A stretch of 64,000 bases of DNA from Longimicrobiales bacterium (GCA_965116905.1 OZ220732.1:3168001-3232000), one strand, 5' to 3'. Shown: positions 18,004 to 29,571, numbered from the stretch's first letter. Translations and numbers: made by a program. The notes: generated by a model not told the origin, from the sequence alone.

Positions 18004-20205
18004 TTACCGCAGGAAGACCGTGGTGCCCAGAACCAGCAGAACCCCGACGGTCAGCACGAAGGCGTACATGTTCACCTGGCCGGTCTGGAAGAGGCTCATG
18101 ATCCAGCCGGCCAGACGCGTAACCTGTGCGGTGGCGTTGACGAAGCCATCGATGATCACGGCATCGATGAACCTCCAGCACCACCTGGAAAGTCTGAGAA
18201 GCGGCTGCACGATCACGGCCTCGTACGCCTCGTCGAAGTACCACTTGTCGTGGAGGACCTTCGGCAGCCCGGCACGGGGACCGGGGTCGGCGGCCGCGGC
18301 GACGTATTTTCGCGAGCCAAGCAGGCGGGCGCTGACGGCGACCGTGAGAGCGGCCGCGACCGTAGACGCAAGCGCCCACAAGACCTCGCCGCCGCCAAGC
18401 GGGGCACTATGGGCGGCCTCCCCGAAGCCCGCGACCTGGATCTCGGCTGCCGCATGCGTCACCGGCTCCAGCCAGTGATGGAGCCATTCGCTCATCGGGA
18501 GAGCGCCGAACAGCCCCGCGAAGGACTCCTGCAGCGCTTCGGGAACGTTGATCCAGCCACCGAATACCGAAAGCGCGGCGAGGGCGATCAGCGGCAGGGT
18601 CATCACCCGCGGCGCCTCGTGAAGATGAGCCGCGCCCGCCGCGCCGGTGCGATTGGTCCCGTGGAACGTCATCACCATCAGGCGGGTCATGTAAAAGGCG
18701 GTCATCAGCGCGGTGAGCAGCGCGATTCCCCAGTACACCGCGTAAAGGCCGCCGAACGGATTCGACGCGGCACCCGCCCAGGCCGCCGTGTACCAGATGA
18801 TCTCGTCCTTGGAAAAGAAGCCCGCGAACGGCCAGATGCCGGCGATGGCAAGGGTCGCGATCCACATGAGCGCGCAGGTGAGGGGCATGTATTTGCGCAG
18901 CCCCCCCATGTTGCGCATGTCCTGCTCGTCGAGGTGCCCCTCCGCGTGATGCACGGCGTGGTGCATGGAGTGGATGACCGCACCGGCCCCCAGGAAGAGG
19001 AGCGCCTTGAAGAAGGCGTGCGTGACCAGGTGGAAGATCGCCGCGGTGAAGGCGCCGATCCCCGCGGCGAGAAACATGAAGCCCAGCTGCGATACGGTCG
19101 AGTAGGCCAGCACCTTCTTGATGTCGTACTGCTGCATGGCGATGGTCGCCGCGATGAGCGCGGTGAGCACGCCGACGCCCGCGACGACCGCCTGGCTGAC
19201 CGGCGCGAGCGCGTACAGAACCGAGGACCGCGCGACCATGTACACGCCCGCGGTGACCATGGTCGCCGCGTGGATGAGGGCGGACACCGGCGTGGGGCCC
19301 GCCATGGCGTCGGGCAGCCATACGTGCAGCGGCACCTGGGCGCTCTTCCCCGCGGCCCCCACCATGAGCAACAGCGTAATGGCGGTCACCGTGGCGCCGC
19401 CCGCGGCCAGCTGGCCCTCGGCTCCGGCGAAGACCCCGCCGAAGTCGAAGGTTCCGAAGGCCTGGTAGATGAGGAACATGGCCAGCAGGAAGCCGACATC
19501 CCCGATCCGGTTTACGATGAACGCCTTCTTGCCCGCATCGGATTTCTCGCGATCGCTGAACCAGTACCCGATCAGGAGATAGCTGCAGAGTCCGACGCCC
19601 TCCCACCCTACGAACATGGTGGCGTATCCGGAACCCATGACCAGCACCAGCATGAAGAAGACGAAGAGGTTCAGGTAGGAGAAGTACCTCGGATACCCGA
19701 CGTCGTCCTTCATGTAGCCGACGCTGAAGACGTGGATCAGGAAGCCGACTCCGGTGACCACGAGCATCATCACGGCGGAGAGCTGGTCCAGCTGGAGGGC
19801 AGCGTCGATCCGCAGGTCCCCGGTCGCGATCCAGCTCCAGTAGGAGCGAACGACGGGCTCGTGCAGATCGTCCGGCATCCCGATGAAGTTCAGCAGCGCC
19901 AGGACGAATGCGATCAGCATCACCCCCGGGCCCACCAGCGTGGGGAGCCGGTGCGTCGCCGGGGTCGCCCCGCCCGCGAAGGGGTCCCACTCCCTCCCGC
20001 TCCGGACCGCCGCGGAGGAGATGGCTGCCGCCCGCAGGGCGAGGAATCCGTTGATCGCAAAGCCCAGCAGCGGGAGCAGCACGATCAGCCCCGGCAGCAC
20101 AGGCTCCCAGGGTGCAGCCTCCTGCACGGTGAGCGCCGGGACCGGCAAGGGCAGCGTGCCCGCCACGGAGGTGATGGCCAACTCGACGGTCGTCACGCCG
20201 GTCAC
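18004..20205 (-). CDS. nuoL: NADH-quinone oxidoreductase subunit L
   Basis: GTGA overlap with nuo[47 protein letters not shown]. Confidence 0.95.
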   Translation of the reverse strand: MTGVTTVELAITSVAGTLPLPVPALTVQEAAPWEPVLPGLIVLLPLLGFAINGFLALRAAAISSAAVRSGREWDPFAGGATPATHRLPTLVGPGVMLIAFVLALLNFIGMPDDLHEPVVRSYWSWIATGDLRIDAALQLDQLSAVMMLVVTGVGFLIHVFSVGYMKDDVGYPRYFSYLNLFVFFMLVLVMGSGYATMFVGWEGVGLCSYLLIGYWFSDREKSDAGKKAFIVNRIGDVGFLLAMFLIYQAFGTFDFGGVFAGAEGQLAAGGATVTAITLLLMVGAAGKSAQVPLHVWLPDAMAGPTPVSALIHAATMVTAGVYMVARSSVLYALAPVSQAVVAGVGVLTALIAATIAMQQYDIKKVLAYSTVSQLGFMFLAAGIGAFTAAIFHLVTHAFFKALLFLGAGAVIHSMHHAVHHAEGHLDEQDMRNMGGLRKYMPLTCALMWIATLAIAGIWPFAGFFSKDEIIWYTAAWAGAASNPFGGLYAVYWGIALLTALMTAFYMTRLMVMTFHGTNRTGAAGAAHLHEAPRVMTLPLIALAALSVFGGWINVPEALQESFAGLFGALPMSEWLHHWLEPVTHAAAEIQVAGFGEAAHSAPLGGGEVLWALASTVAAALTVAVSARLLGSRKYVAAAADPGPRAGLPKVLHDKWYFDEAYEAVIVQPLLRLSRWCWRFIDAVIIDGFVNATAQVTRLAGWIMSLFQTGQVNMYAFVLTVGVLLVLGTTVFLR

Positions 20206-20495
20206 CACTTCAACACGTTGAACTTGTTCACGTTGACGGTCTCGTAGTGCCGGAAGATCGAGATGATGATCGCCAGCCCCACGGCCGCCTCGGCCGCCGC
20301 CACCGTCATCACGAAGAACACGTAGAGCTGGCCCTCGATCCCGGTGTAGCGGGACAGCGCCACGAAGGCGAGGTTGACCGCATTGAGCTGCAGTTCGATG
20401 CACAGGAAGATGATGATGGCGTTCCTGCGCACGATGACGCCCAGGGTGCCGATCACGAACAGCGCCGCGCTAAGCAGGAGGGCCGAAGTCAGCAT
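20202..20495 (-). CDS. nuoK: NADH-quinone oxidoreductase subunit K
   Basis: [27 protein letters not shown]. Confidence 0.95.
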   Translation of the reverse strand: MLTSALLLSAALFVIGTLGVIVRRNAIIIFLCIELQLNAVNLAFVALSRYTGIEGQLYVFFVMTVAAAEAAVGLAIIISIFRHYETVNVNKFNVLKW

Positions 20496-20496
20496 T

Positions 20497-21036
20497 TCAG
20501 TCCTTTCCCGCTTCGCGTGGCTTGGCGAGCACCACCGCGGCCACGATGGCCACCAGCAGCAGCAGACCCATGAGCTCGAAGGCGACCACGTAGTCGGTGA
20601 AGAGCGGATCCGCGATCACGCCCACGGCCCCCTTCTCGACGACCGCCGCGTCGATCGCCGCCGCCGCGGCCGCGCCGTTCTCCAGCAGGCCCGCCTCGAG
20701 GTCGCCGCTAAACCCCTGCATGAGGACGCCCGCCGTAAGACCCACAACTACAAGGGAAAGCAGCGACCAGGAACCGTAACGGAGGTCGGCGCGGTAGTCG
20801 TGCCCCAGGTTCAGGAGCATGATCACGAACAGGAAGAGCACCATGATCGCGCCGGCGTAGACGAGCACCTGGATCGCCGCAAGGAAATGGGCTTCGAAGA
20901 GGACGTAGATCCCCGCGACGCTCGCCAGCGTGGCCACCATGAACAGCAGGCTGGCGACCGGACTGCGCCCGATCACCACGCCGATGGCGCCGCCGACGGC
21001 AACGACCGCAAACAGGATGAAGAGGATATCGGTCAT
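20497..21036 (-). CDS. nuoJ: NADH-quinone oxidoreductase subunit J
   Basis: [28 protein letters not shown]. Confidence 0.95.
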   Translation of the reverse strand: MTDILFILFAVVAVGGAIGVVIGRSPVASLLFMVATLASVAGIYVLFEAHFLAAIQVLVYAGAIMVLFLFVIMLLNLGHDYRADLRYGSWSLLSLVVVGLTAGVLMQGFSGDLEAGLLENGAAAAAAIDAAVVEKGAVGVIADPLFTDYVVAFELMGLLLLVAIVAAVVLAKPREAGKD

Positions 21037-21533
21037 TCGGAGCGTGGATCCGACGGGTCCCACAGCAGCGTCGTGGGATGGTCCTGTTCCATCAGCCGGT
21101 CCAGATCGTAGACGAACCGGTCCCGGCCGTATTCCGCGTTCTCGAAGTGCTGCCCGACGTGGATCGCCTCGACCGGGCAGACTTCCTGACACATGCCGCA
21201 GAAAATGCAGCGGAATTCGTCGATCTCATACACGATCGGGTAACGATTGCCCTGGTCGTCCTCGCCGCCCACCAGCCTGATGCAGTTCGCCGGGCATACC
21301 GTCGGGCAGAGCCCGCAGGCCACGCACTTGGGACGGCCGTCGGCGTGCACCTCCATGCGGTGCGTGCCGCGCCACCGGGGACTCAGCTCCGGCTGCTCTT
21401 CGGGGTACTCCAGCGTCACCTTCGTGGGCCGTACCATGTGTTTGAACGTCAGGCTCATGCCCTTGAGCGTCGCGCGCATGTACGACGTGCGGCCCGCCTC
21501 GGGGCGTCTCATCACCTTGACCGAAATCGCCAT
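21033..21533 (-). CDS. nuoI: NADH-quinone oxidoreductase subunit I
   Basis: CVACGLCPTVCP and CIFCGMCQEVCP 4Fe-4S motifs. Confidence 0.95.
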   Translation of the reverse strand: MAISVKVMRRPEAGRTSYMRATLKGMSLTFKHMVRPTKVTLEYPEEQPELSPRWRGTHRMEVHADGRPKCVACGLCPTVCPANCIRLVGGEDDQGNRYPIVYEIDEFRCIFCGMCQEVCPVEAIHVGQHFENAEYGRDRFVYDLDRLMEQDHPTTLLWDPSDPRSE

Positions 21534-21546
21534 TGGTCGCTCCCGT

Positions 21547-22857
21547 TCAGCTTGGTGTGGTACGGCCGGTGGTGCCCCCGGCGGCGCCGGCTGCGGGTCG
21601 TGGCGGTCCGGCGCGCCCGACTTGCTTCCTGTGGGCGCCGGAGATCACGCGGTCGCGGTCGACGAAGAAGAGAAACGCGAGGGTGGTGATGCCGCTGACC
21701 GCGGTCAGGACCAGCCCGTAGAGCATGCCGTACGCCACGCCCAGCTGGTCGAGCACGAGCATGGTCCCCGCAATCAGCATGATGTACCCGAGCGCCGCCG
21801 GCAGAAGCACCTTCCAGCCGAGGTGCATGACCTGGTCGTATCGGAACCTCGGCAGCGTCCACCGGATCCAGATGTAGAGCAGGAGGAAGAAGCCCGTCTT
21901 CGCCGAGAACGCGGCCAGGGTGAGCAGCGTGATGAGCACGCTGGGGCTCGTGGGAATCGGCGCACCCGACTCGTCGAAGCCCCGGATCCACGCGCCCTCG
22001 TGGCGGTACATGTCGTCCCCGGGCCAGAACGGGATGTCCCACCCGCCGAAGAAGAGCGTGGCCATGAGGGCCGACGCGGTGACCACGTGCGCGTACTCGG
22101 CGATGAAGAACATCGAGAACTTCATCGCGGAGTACTCGGTGTGGTACCCCGTGATCAGCTCCGACTCGGCTTCGGGCATGTCGAAGGGGAGCCGGTTGGT
22201 CTCGGCAAGCGCGGAAATCAGGAAGAAGATGAACGCCAGCGACAGCGGGAAGACGAACCACAGTCCCAGCTGTTGCTGCTTCCACACCATCTCCGTCAGG
22301 GTGACGTTGCCCGCGAGCAGCAGCACCGCGATCACGCTGAGGCCCAGCGCAACCTCGTAGGAGATCATCTGAGCCGAGGCGCGCAGCCCGCCGAGGAACG
22401 CGTACTTGTTGTTCGACGCCCATCCGGAAAGCACGATGCCGTACACGGCGAGCGACGAGAGCGCCAGGATGTAGAGGATGCCGATGGGGACGTCCGCGAC
22501 GATCATGTCCACCGTTCCGACCGGGGTGGGCAGAGGCGCGGCGAACGGGATCACGGCGAAGGTGATCACGGCCGGCATGATTGCGAGCGCCGGGCCCAGG
22601 ACGAAGTAGAACTTCGCCGCCGTGCCGGGCATCGTCTCTTCCTTGATGATGTTCTTGACGCCGTCGGCGATGGGCTGAAGCAGCCCGAAGGGGCCGACGC
22701 GGTTGGGCCCGAGCCGGTCCTGGATGAAGGCCGACACCCTGCGTTCGGCAAGGGTCATGTACGCAACCACCGCCATCACGACCGTGAAGACGGCAACGAC
22801 CTTGATGGCGCCGAAGGTTACGAACCAGAAGGTTGAGAGTTCCTGCATCTCACCCAT
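21547..22857 (-). CDS. nuoH: NADH-quinone oxidoreductase subunit H
   Basis: QDRLGPNRVGPFGLLQPIADGVK, AQMISYE, ETNRLPFDMPEAESEL, PRFRYDQ. Confidence 0.95.
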   Translation of the reverse strand: MGEMQELSTFWFVTFGAIKVVAVFTVVMAVVAYMTLAERRVSAFIQDRLGPNRVGPFGLLQPIADGVKNIIKEETMPGTAAKFYFVLGPALAIMPAVITFAVIPFAAPLPTPVGTVDMIVADVPIGILYILALSSLAVYGIVLSGWASNNKYAFLGGLRASAQMISYEVALGLSVIAVLLLAGNVTLTEMVWKQQQLGLWFVFPLSLAFIFFLISALAETNRLPFDMPEAESELITGYHTEYSAMKFSMFFIAEYAHVVTASALMATLFFGGWDIPFWPGDDMYRHEGAWIRGFDESGAPIPTSPSVLITLLTLAAFSAKTGFFLLLYIWIRWTLPRFRYDQVMHLGWKVLLPAALGYIMLIAGTMLVLDQLGVAYGMLYGLVLTAVSGITTLAFLFFVDRDRVISGAHRKQVGRAGPPRPAAGAAGGTTGRTTPS

Positions 22858-24460
22858 GGGCCGCCTCCTCCACGAGGGCCGCGCCCCCGTCTCCGACCGC
22901 TTCCCAGGTCAGACCCTCGAACGCGGGGTGGGCGGCCGCCAGCCGCGCGAATGCTTCCGGCGCGCCCCCCGGAGTTTCCTCGCCGCGCAGCGCGGCCACG
23001 AGGGCGCCCAGCACCAGCCACGCGGGACGCGCCGATTCCGGTGGCCGCAGGCCCTGCTGGAAGCGCTGGACCCGCCCCTGCGCGTTCACGAACGTCCCTT
23101 CCTCCTCGGCGAAGGTCGTGATCGGCAGCACGAAGTCGGCGTTGGCGGCCGCGGCCGAGCCGAAGGTGCCGAGATAGACGAACAGGCCGGCCTTCGCGCC
23201 GAAGTCCTCTCCCTGGTCCGCGAGTTCGTCGCCGAGCACGATGACGACCCCGCCGTGTTCCGCCACTTCTTCGAGGCCCCCCTCCCCGCCATCGTCGCCG
23301 GAGCGCCGGAAACCGAACAGGCCGGCACCGTGCGGGTTGGGAACGAGGTCCCGGCGGCGCACCAGCAGCGGGAAGCCCGGCAGGGGAACCTCGTCGGAGT
23401 CACGAGGCGAACGGAACACGCGCGCCGCGCTTCCGCCGCGCAGCTCGTCCCCCAGCGAGGCCAGGCCCGCCAGCGCCTCGTTCGAGCATCGCGCCGATCC
23501 CACCAGTGCTACATCGCCCTCGGCGGCCGCAAGACGCCCGAAGAGGAGTTCCAGCGCTTCCCGCCAGTCCACCACCCGCCTGTCCGATCCGCGGCCGACC
23601 GCCGGCGACTCCAGGCGGCCGGGCTGGTTCAGCCACTCGTAGTTCGCGCGTCCGTAGTCGCACATCCAGTGGCCGTTGACCTCCTGGTTTTCACGCGGCT
23701 TGAGACGCTGCACCAGGTTGTCGCGGGTGTGAAGCTCGATATTGCAACCGTGACTGCAGTTGGGGCAGATGGAGGAAGTATGGTCGAGGTCCCAGGCGCG
23801 GGCCTTGTGCAGAAAGTCCTTCGAGACCAGCGCGCCGACCGGGCAGATGTCCACCACGTTGCCCGCGAAGGACGCGCCCTCCAGCCCCCGGTCGAAGAAG
23901 GTGTCGATCACCGCGCGGCTGCCCCGCTCCACCACCGTCAGCCGCGAGTCGCGCGCGACCTCGTCCATGAAGCGCACACAGCGCGTGCACATCACGCAGC
24001 GGTCGCCGTAGTAGAGCACGTCGCCGCCGAAGTCGTCGCGCCCGAAGACGCGCTTGGGCTCGCGGCCCCGCCCGCGCTCCCTGCCCTCGTCGAAGACGTA
24101 GTCCTGGAGCTTGCACTCCCCCGACATGTCGCAGATGGGGCAGTCGAGCGGGTGGTTGACCAGGTAGAACTCCAGCACGCCCTGCCGCATCCGCTTCGCG
24201 GCGGGGCTGTCGGTGTGCACGACCTGTCCGTCGTCGGCTATCGTCACGCACGACGGCTGCAGCTTCGGCGCCCCCTCCACCTCGACCAGGCAGATTCGGC
24301 ACTGCGCGGGCGCGGACAGACCGGGGTGGTAGCAGTAGTGAGGCACCTCGGTGCCCACCGACTCGGCGGCGTGCAGCAGCGATGTCCCCCTGGGGACGGT
24401 GACCTCCTGCCCGTCGATGGTCAGGGTGACCGTCTCGGCTTTGCGACCGTTATCCGGCAT
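22850..24460 (-). CDS. nuoG: NADH-quinone oxidoreductase subunit G (short form, 536 aa)
   Basis: PHYCYHP..CRICLVE, NHPLDCPICD..GECKLQ, CVMCTRCVRF, DICPVGAL, CPNCSHGC..C. Confidence 0.92.
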   Translation of the reverse strand: MPDNGRKAETVTLTIDGQEVTVPRGTSLLHAAESVGTEVPHYCYHPGLSAPAQCRICLVEVEGAPKLQPSCVTIADDGQVVHTDSPAAKRMRQGVLEFYLVNHPLDCPICDMSGECKLQDYVFDEGRERGRGREPKRVFGRDDFGGDVLYYGDRCVMCTRCVRFMDEVARDSRLTVVERGSRAVIDTFFDRGLEGASFAGNVVDICPVGALVSKDFLHKARAWDLDHTSSICPNCSHGCNIELHTRDNLVQRLKPRENQEVNGHWMCDYGRANYEWLNQPGRLESPAVGRGSDRRVVDWREALELLFGRLAAAEGDVALVGSARCSNEALAGLASLGDELRGGSAARVFRSPRDSDEVPLPGFPLLVRRRDLVPNPHGAGLFGFRRSGDDGGEGGLEEVAEHGGVVIVLGDELADQGEDFGAKAGLFVYLGTFGSAAAANADFVLPITTFAEEEGTFVNAQGRVQRFQQGLRPPESARPAWLVLGALVAALRGEETPGGAPEAFARLAAAHPAFEGLTWEAVGDGGAALVEEAAHG

Positions 24461-24478
24461 GGGGCTCCCCCGGGTGCA

Positions 24479-25771
24479 TCAGGCTGCTCCGACCCGTTCG
24501 CCGCGGCGGATGAGGGCCAGGTAGTCCTCGCGGAACTTCTCGATCGACGAAATCACGGGCATCGCCAGCGAGTCCGACAGCACGCAGATGGTGGTCCCCG
24601 TCATCTGTTCGGAAATCTCCACCAGCGTATCCAGGTCATCCTCCGTCCCCCGGCCGTCCTCGATCCGCTGGAGAATCCGGGTGGCCCATGTCGTGCCCTC
24701 GCGGCAGGGCGTGCACTGGCCGCAGCTTTCGTGCGCGTAGAAGTAGGCCATCCGCCGCACCTGCTTGACGATGTCGGCGGTTTCGTCCATGACGATCACC
24801 GAGGCGCATCCGAGCATCGAGCCCGCGGCCTCGACGCCCTCGTAGCACAGGGTGCACGCGCGGCAATCGTCGGCGTCCATGATCGGCACCGAGCTTCCCC
24901 CGGGGATCACCGCCTTGAGAGCCCTGCCGCCGGGGATGCCCCCGCACACGTCCTCGATGAGTTCCATCAGCGGAAAGCCCAGCGGGAATTCGTAGTTGCC
25001 GGGCTTGTTCACGTGTCCCGAAACGCAGAACAGCTTGGTGCCGGGGCTCTTCTCCGTGCCCCACTGGCGGTACCACTCGCCACCGTGCCGCGCGATGTGG
25101 GCCGCGGCTGCCAGCGTCTCGACGTTGTTGATCGTCGACGGCATCCCGAATGCGCCGACCGCGGCCGGGAAGGGCGGCTTGATTCGAGGCTCTCCCCGCC
25201 GCCCCTCGAGCGAGTTCATCAGGCCGGTCTCCTCTCCGCAGATGTACGCGCCCGCGCCGACGTGAAGTGTGACGTCGATGTCCACGCCCGAACCCAGGAT
25301 GTCCCTGCCGACGAGCCCCTCCGCGTAGGCTTCCTCCAGCGCGCGCGCCAGCACCTGCGTGGACTCGAAGAACTCGCCGCGCAGGTAGATGTAGCAGTGC
25401 GACGCACCGATGGCGTACGAGCCGACCAGGCAACCCTCGATCAGCTGGTGCGGGGTCCAGCGGATGATCTCGCGGTCCTTGAACGTCCCGGGCTCCGACT
25501 CGTCGGCGTTGCACAGCATGTAGTGCGGACGTCCGGTGTCCTTCGGCATGAATGACCACTTGAGCCCCGTGGGAAAGCCCGCCCCGCCACGGCCGCGGAG
25601 CCCCGACGCCTTGACGTCCTCGATGGTCGCCTCGCGTCCGATCTCCAGCGCACGGGCGATGCCCTCGTAGCCTCCGACGGCCTTCCAGCCGGCTACGGTG
25701 CGCGCCGCGGGGTCCCCGAAGCACTCGCTCAGGACGCGGGTTTCCTTTTCGTGTCGGTACGGGTAGGCCAA
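24479..25771 (-). CDS. nuoF: NADH-quinone oxidoreductase subunit F
   Basis: TTG start; GLRGRGGAGFPTGLKWSF, NADESEPGTFKDR, GAGAYICGEETG, ESCGQCTPCREG. Confidence 0.95.
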   Translation of the reverse strand: MAYPYRHEKETRVLSECFGDPAARTVAGWKAVGGYEGIARALEIGREATIEDVKASGLRGRGGAGFPTGLKWSFMPKDTGRPHYMLCNADESEPGTFKDREIIRWTPHQLIEGCLVGSYAIGASHCYIYLRGEFFESTQVLARALEEAYAEGLVGRDILGSGVDIDVTLHVGAGAYICGEETGLMNSLEGRRGEPRIKPPFPAAVGAFGMPSTINNVETLAAAAHIARHGGEWYRQWGTEKSPGTKLFCVSGHVNKPGNYEFPLGFPLMELIEDVCGGIPGGRALKAVIPGGSSVPIMDADDCRACTLCYEGVEAAGSMLGCASVIVMDETADIVKQVRRMAYFYAHESCGQCTPCREGTTWATRILQRIEDGRGTEDDLDTLVEISEQMTGTTICVLSDSLAMPVISSIEKFREDYLALIRRGERVGAA

Positions 25772-25795
25772 GGCCGTTTCCTCGGGGGGCCGCCT

Positions 25796-26458
25796 CTAGA
25801 AGCCCCGGTTGACCTCGCGCTTCAACCGGTCGAGAACGGCCGGCACATCTTCCGCCGACACGTCCTCGAAGTAGCGCGAGTTGATTTGTACGCAGGTCGG
25901 GAAGCCACACGCCGCCAGGCACTCGGCCTCGACGACCGTGAAGTTTCCGTCGCTCGATGTCTGCCCCAACTCCGTGCCCGTGTGCTCCAGAAACGCCGCG
26001 ACAACCTCGTCAGCGCCGCACAGGTTGCAGGAGATGTTGGTGCATACCTGTATCAGAAAGCGTCCCACGGGGCGCTTGTTGTACATCGTGTAGAACGTCG
26101 CGACCCCACGGACGTAGGCGTCGCTGAGGCCCAGCAGTCCGGCGACCTCGTCCATGGTCCCGGGCGAGATGTGGCCCCGCAGCTCCTGGGCGAGGTTGAG
26201 GGCGGGAAGCAGCGCCGCCCGCGCGGTCGGATAGCGGCTTCGGATCTTGTCGAAGCGCTCCCGGTAGGCTCCCTCGAAGAGCGGCGCGTCCGGATTCTTC
26301 TTCACGAACATGAACGGGAGGCTCGGGGAAACCGACGGGTGACCGCCGTCCAGCGGACGCTCGCCCGCGTACTCGGTCCCGCGCACGTCCGCCTCACTCA
26401 GTTCGAACTCACCCGTGTTCCCCGCCCAGCCCGGGTTGCGAAAGCGGACCTCGCTCAC
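25796..26458 (-). CDS. nuoE: NADH-quinone oxidoreductase subunit E
   Basis: GTGA overlap with nuoD; VATFYTMY, VCTNISCNLCG, ECLAAC. Confidence 0.92.
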   Translation of the reverse strand: MSEVRFRNPGWAGNTGEFELSEADVRGTEYAGERPLDGGHPSVSPSLPFMFVKKNPDAPLFEGAYRERFDKIRSRYPTARAALLPALNLAQELRGHISPGTMDEVAGLLGLSDAYVRGVATFYTMYNKRPVGRFLIQVCTNISCNLCGADEVVAAFLEHTGTELGQTSSDGNFTVVEAECLAACGFPTCVQINSRYFEDVSAEDVPAVLDRLKREVNRGF

Positions 26459-27729
26459 CGGTCGATCTCTCCGAGGACGATGTCGAGGCTCGCGTTGATC
26501 ACGATCAGGTCGGCCATGAGGTGCCCCTCGGCCAGCTTCGGAATCGCGGACAGGTTCACGAACGACGGGGGCCGGATCCGCCAGCGCACCGGCTTGGGCC
26601 CTCCGTCGCCCACGACGTACATCCCGAGTTCGCCCTTCGAGCCCTCCACCGAGAACCAGCAGTCCTCGGCGGGAGCGGGGATCCCCTCGGTGATCAGCTT
26701 GAAGTGATGGATCATCGACTCCATGTCCGACATGCAGTCGGTCTTGGAGGGCAAGCTGATGCGCGGATCCTCCAGGTCCATGGGACCGTCCGGCAGACGG
26801 TCCAGCGCCTGGTGGAGAATGTGGATGCTCTGGCGCATCTCCTCCATGCGCACCAGGTAGCGGTCGTAGCAGTCGCCGTGGCACCCGATCGGGACCTCGA
26901 AGTCGTAGCTCTCGTACTCGTAGTAGGGGCGGTCCTTGCGGACGTCGTACGGCACCCCGCTGGCCCTGAGATTGGCCCCCGTAAGGCCGTAGTTGACCGC
27001 GTCCTCGGCTGAAATCGCCCCGATGCCCTGGGTGCGCCCCACGTGGATCGCGTTGCAGGTCAGCAGCGCGTCGATCTCGTCGAGCGTCGCCGGGAGGTTG
27101 TCCGCGAACTCCCGCACCCCGCCCGCCCAACCCTCGGGCAGGTCCGCCATCATGCCGCCGATTCGAGTGGCGGACGTGGTGATCCTTGCGCCCGTCAGTG
27201 CCTCGTGCAGCTTGTAGACCTTTTCGCGCTGCTGGAACGCGTAGAGGAAGGGCGTGAAGGCGCCCACGTCGATCGACCACGTGCCCAGCCAGAGGAGGTG
27301 GGAGAATATGCGATCCAGCTCCATGCAGATGACGCGGGTGACCCGGCAGCGATCGGTCACCTCGATCCCCATCAGCTTCTCCGCAGCCATGACGTACGCG
27401 CAGTTGTAGATCAGCGGCGCCAGGTAGTCCATGCGGTCGGTGAGCGGGACGATCTGGTTCCAGGTGCGGTACTCGCCGAGCTTCTCGAAGGACGAGTGCA
27501 GGTAGCCCAGCCGAGGCACCACGCTGACCACCGTCTCGCCGTCCAGCTCCACCACCAGGCGCAGCACGCCATGCGTGGCCGGGTGCTGGGGTCCGACGTT
27601 CACCAGCATCGTGCTCGAACCGAGTTCCGGCTCGGGGGCGTCGAAGGGCTCGATCGGGCTGGGAACCGGCGTGCCGTCCGGACCCATTTCCGGATTGCGG
27701 CGCACTGCGTAGTCGACCGCGCTAGACAT
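26455..27729 (-). CDS. nuoD: NADH-quinone oxidoreductase subunit D
   Basis: NVGPQHPATHGVLRL, DRMDYL, EGSKGELG, DIVLGEIDR. Confidence 0.95.
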   Translation of the reverse strand: MSSAVDYAVRRNPEMGPDGTPVPSPIEPFDAPEPELGSSTMLVNVGPQHPATHGVLRLVVELDGETVVSVVPRLGYLHSSFEKLGEYRTWNQIVPLTDRMDYLAPLIYNCAYVMAAEKLMGIEVTDRCRVTRVICMELDRIFSHLLWLGTWSIDVGAFTPFLYAFQQREKVYKLHEALTGARITTSATRIGGMMADLPEGWAGGVREFADNLPATLDEIDALLTCNAIHVGRTQGIGAISAEDAVNYGLTGANLRASGVPYDVRKDRPYYEYESYDFEVPIGCHGDCYDRYLVRMEEMRQSIHILHQALDRLPDGPMDLEDPRISLPSKTDCMSDMESMIHHFKLITEGIPAPAEDCWFSVEGSKGELGMYVVGDGGPKPVRWRIRPPSFVNLSAIPKLAEGHLMADLIVINASLDIVLGEIDR

Positions 27730-28432
27730 CGTCGCCTCCCGCCTCCTCCCCGGCGCCGGCGCCCTCGACAACCTGCGGCACGCGCTCGGCGATCTCGCCG
27801 GGCACGTAGTAGTCCTCCGGATCCTGCGTGAGCGCCCGGCGGGTCTGCTCCGCACGGGAGAATCGACCGCGCAGCGGGAAGTCCTTGCGCAGGGGATGAC
27901 CCTCGGCGTAGTTGTCGGGCATGAGGATGCGGCGGAGGTCGGGATGCCCGTTGAAGTGGACGCCGAAGAGGTCGTACACCTCGCGTTCCAGCCAGTCGGC
28001 GCCGGCCCAGATGCCCGTCGCGCTGTCGATCGCCAGCCCGTCGAGGGGCAGTTCGCACTTGACGCGGAGCGCGGCCCGATGCGGAATCGACCACAGCTGG
28101 TACACGACCTCGATCGGTTTCCCGCCGCCGTAGTCGACCGCCGTGACATCGGCGAGATGGTCGTAGTGCTGGTCCGGCTCGTCGTGAAGCCAGCCGAGAA
28201 TGTCGGTGATCCGCTCCGGGTCGACGTAGACGACATCCTCGTCGCCGGCGCAGATCCGGTTCCGGAACACCGCGTCGGCAAAGTGCTCTCGCAGGGCCGT
28301 CACGGACGGGTTGCCGGGCTGCACACTCTCGTCGGCCGTCGCCGCCCCGCCCGCGTCGCGCCCATGCCCGGGCCCGGCGGCGACGAGGTCGAAACCGGAA
28401 AGGGGCGAGCCCTGCGCCGATTCGCGCGTCAT
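27722..28432 (-). CDS. nuoC: NADH-quinone oxidoreductase subunit C
   Basis: WLEREVYDLFGVHFNGHPDLRRIL..GHPLRKDFP. Confidence 0.95.
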   Translation of the reverse strand: MTRESAQGSPLSGFDLVAAGPGHGRDAGGAATADESVQPGNPSVTALREHFADAVFRNRICAGDEDVVYVDPERITDILGWLHDEPDQHYDHLADVTAVDYGGGKPIEVVYQLWSIPHRAALRVKCELPLDGLAIDSATGIWAGADWLEREVYDLFGVHFNGHPDLRRILMPDNYAEGHPLRKDFPLRGRFSRAEQTRRALTQDPEDYYVPGEIAERVPQVVEGAGAGEEAGGDDV

Positions 28433-28478
28433 CGCGTGCCGTCGCGGCGGGGGTGACCGGGGTTCGACGAGAGCATCT

Positions 28479-29132
28479 TCAGGGAAGTCGATCCTCGGCG
28501 CGACCGATGGCGTCGGTCTCCACGAGTCCGCTCACCCGGTTCTGGTCGGTCGAATTGCCGAACGGCCCGGTGAGGTCGGTGACCTCTTCGTCGCCGGCCC
28601 GCGGCCGCCCGGCGGCCAGGGGATCCTCGGCCCGCAGCTCCGCGTGATTCGCGAGGCTCTCGCCCCGGATCTTCTCCTGCACCATCATCAGGCCGTAGAT
28701 CAGGCCCTCGGGGCGCGGAGGACACCCGGGGATGTAGACGTCGACCGGCACGATCGTGTCGATCCCCTGGACCATCGAGTAGACATCGAAGACACCACCC
28801 GACGAGGCACAGGCCCCCATCGATATGCACCACTTGGGCTGCATCATCTGGTCCCAGATGCGCCGTAGCACCGGCGCGAGCTTGTACGGCACGCGTCCGG
28901 CGCAGATCAGCACGTCGGCCTGGCGCGGGCTGAACGACATGCGCTCCATGCCGAAGCGCGCCAGATCGTAGTTGCTCGCCGCCGAGGCCATCATTTCGAT
29001 GGCGCAGCAAGCAGTTCCGAAAGGCATGGGCCACAACGAATTGCGGCGTGCCCAGTTAACCACGAAGTCAAGTCGCGTGGTCAGGAAGGTGGGAGTTCCC
29101 GAGCCCAGCACGCCAGGCTTTTCTAGTCCCAT
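28479..29132 (-). CDS. nuoB: NADH-quinone oxidoreductase subunit B
   Basis: [30 protein letters not shown]; start 29132 or 29153. Confidence 0.95.
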   Translation of the reverse strand: MGLEKPGVLGSGTPTFLTTRLDFVVNWARRNSLWPMPFGTACCAIEMMASAASNYDLARFGMERMSFSPRQADVLICAGRVPYKLAPVLRRIWDQMMQPKWCISMGACASSGGVFDVYSMVQGIDTIVPVDVYIPGCPPRPEGLIYGLMMVQEKIRGESLANHAELRAEDPLAAGRPRAGDEEVTDLTGPFGNSTDQNRVSGLVETDAIGRAEDRLP

Positions 29133-29479
29133 TCCAAACCGCCTTTCTTCCATTCGTAGACCAGTCCGACCGCCAAGACGATCACGAAGAGGAACACAGC
29201 CACAAACGGCCCCCAGCCCAGTTCACGCACCCTGACGGCCCAGGGCACCAGGAAGATCGTTTCGAGGTCGAAGACGATGAAACTGATCGCCACCATGTAG
29301 AACTTGATCGAGAAACGGGTCCGCGTATCGCCGAGCGGGATCATTCCCGACTCGTACGGCATCGCCTTCTGGGGGGTTGGGCGACGCGGGTTGAGGATGT
29401 GGGAGGCGGCAGCCATCCCGACGGCGTTCAGAACCGTAACGCCCAGGATGATCAGGAGCGGAATGTAGGACTTCGCCAT
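29123..29479 (-). CDS. nuoA: NADH-quinone oxidoreductase subunit A
   Basis: [29 protein letters not shown]. Confidence 0.95.
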   Translation of the reverse strand: MAKSYIPLLIILGVTVLNAVGMAAASHILNPRRPTPQKAMPYESGMIPLGDTRTRFSIKFYMVAISFIVFDLETIFLVPWAVRVRELGWGPFVAVFLFVIVLAVGLVYEWKKGGLEWD

Positions 29480-29571
29480 GCTGACTGAAGGCCCCCCGGT
29501 CGTGGTTGCCCGCCTTCGCGGTGTCCGGCCCGGTGGAGCCGTCCGCCGCAGGTGCCCTGCGACCCGCGAGC

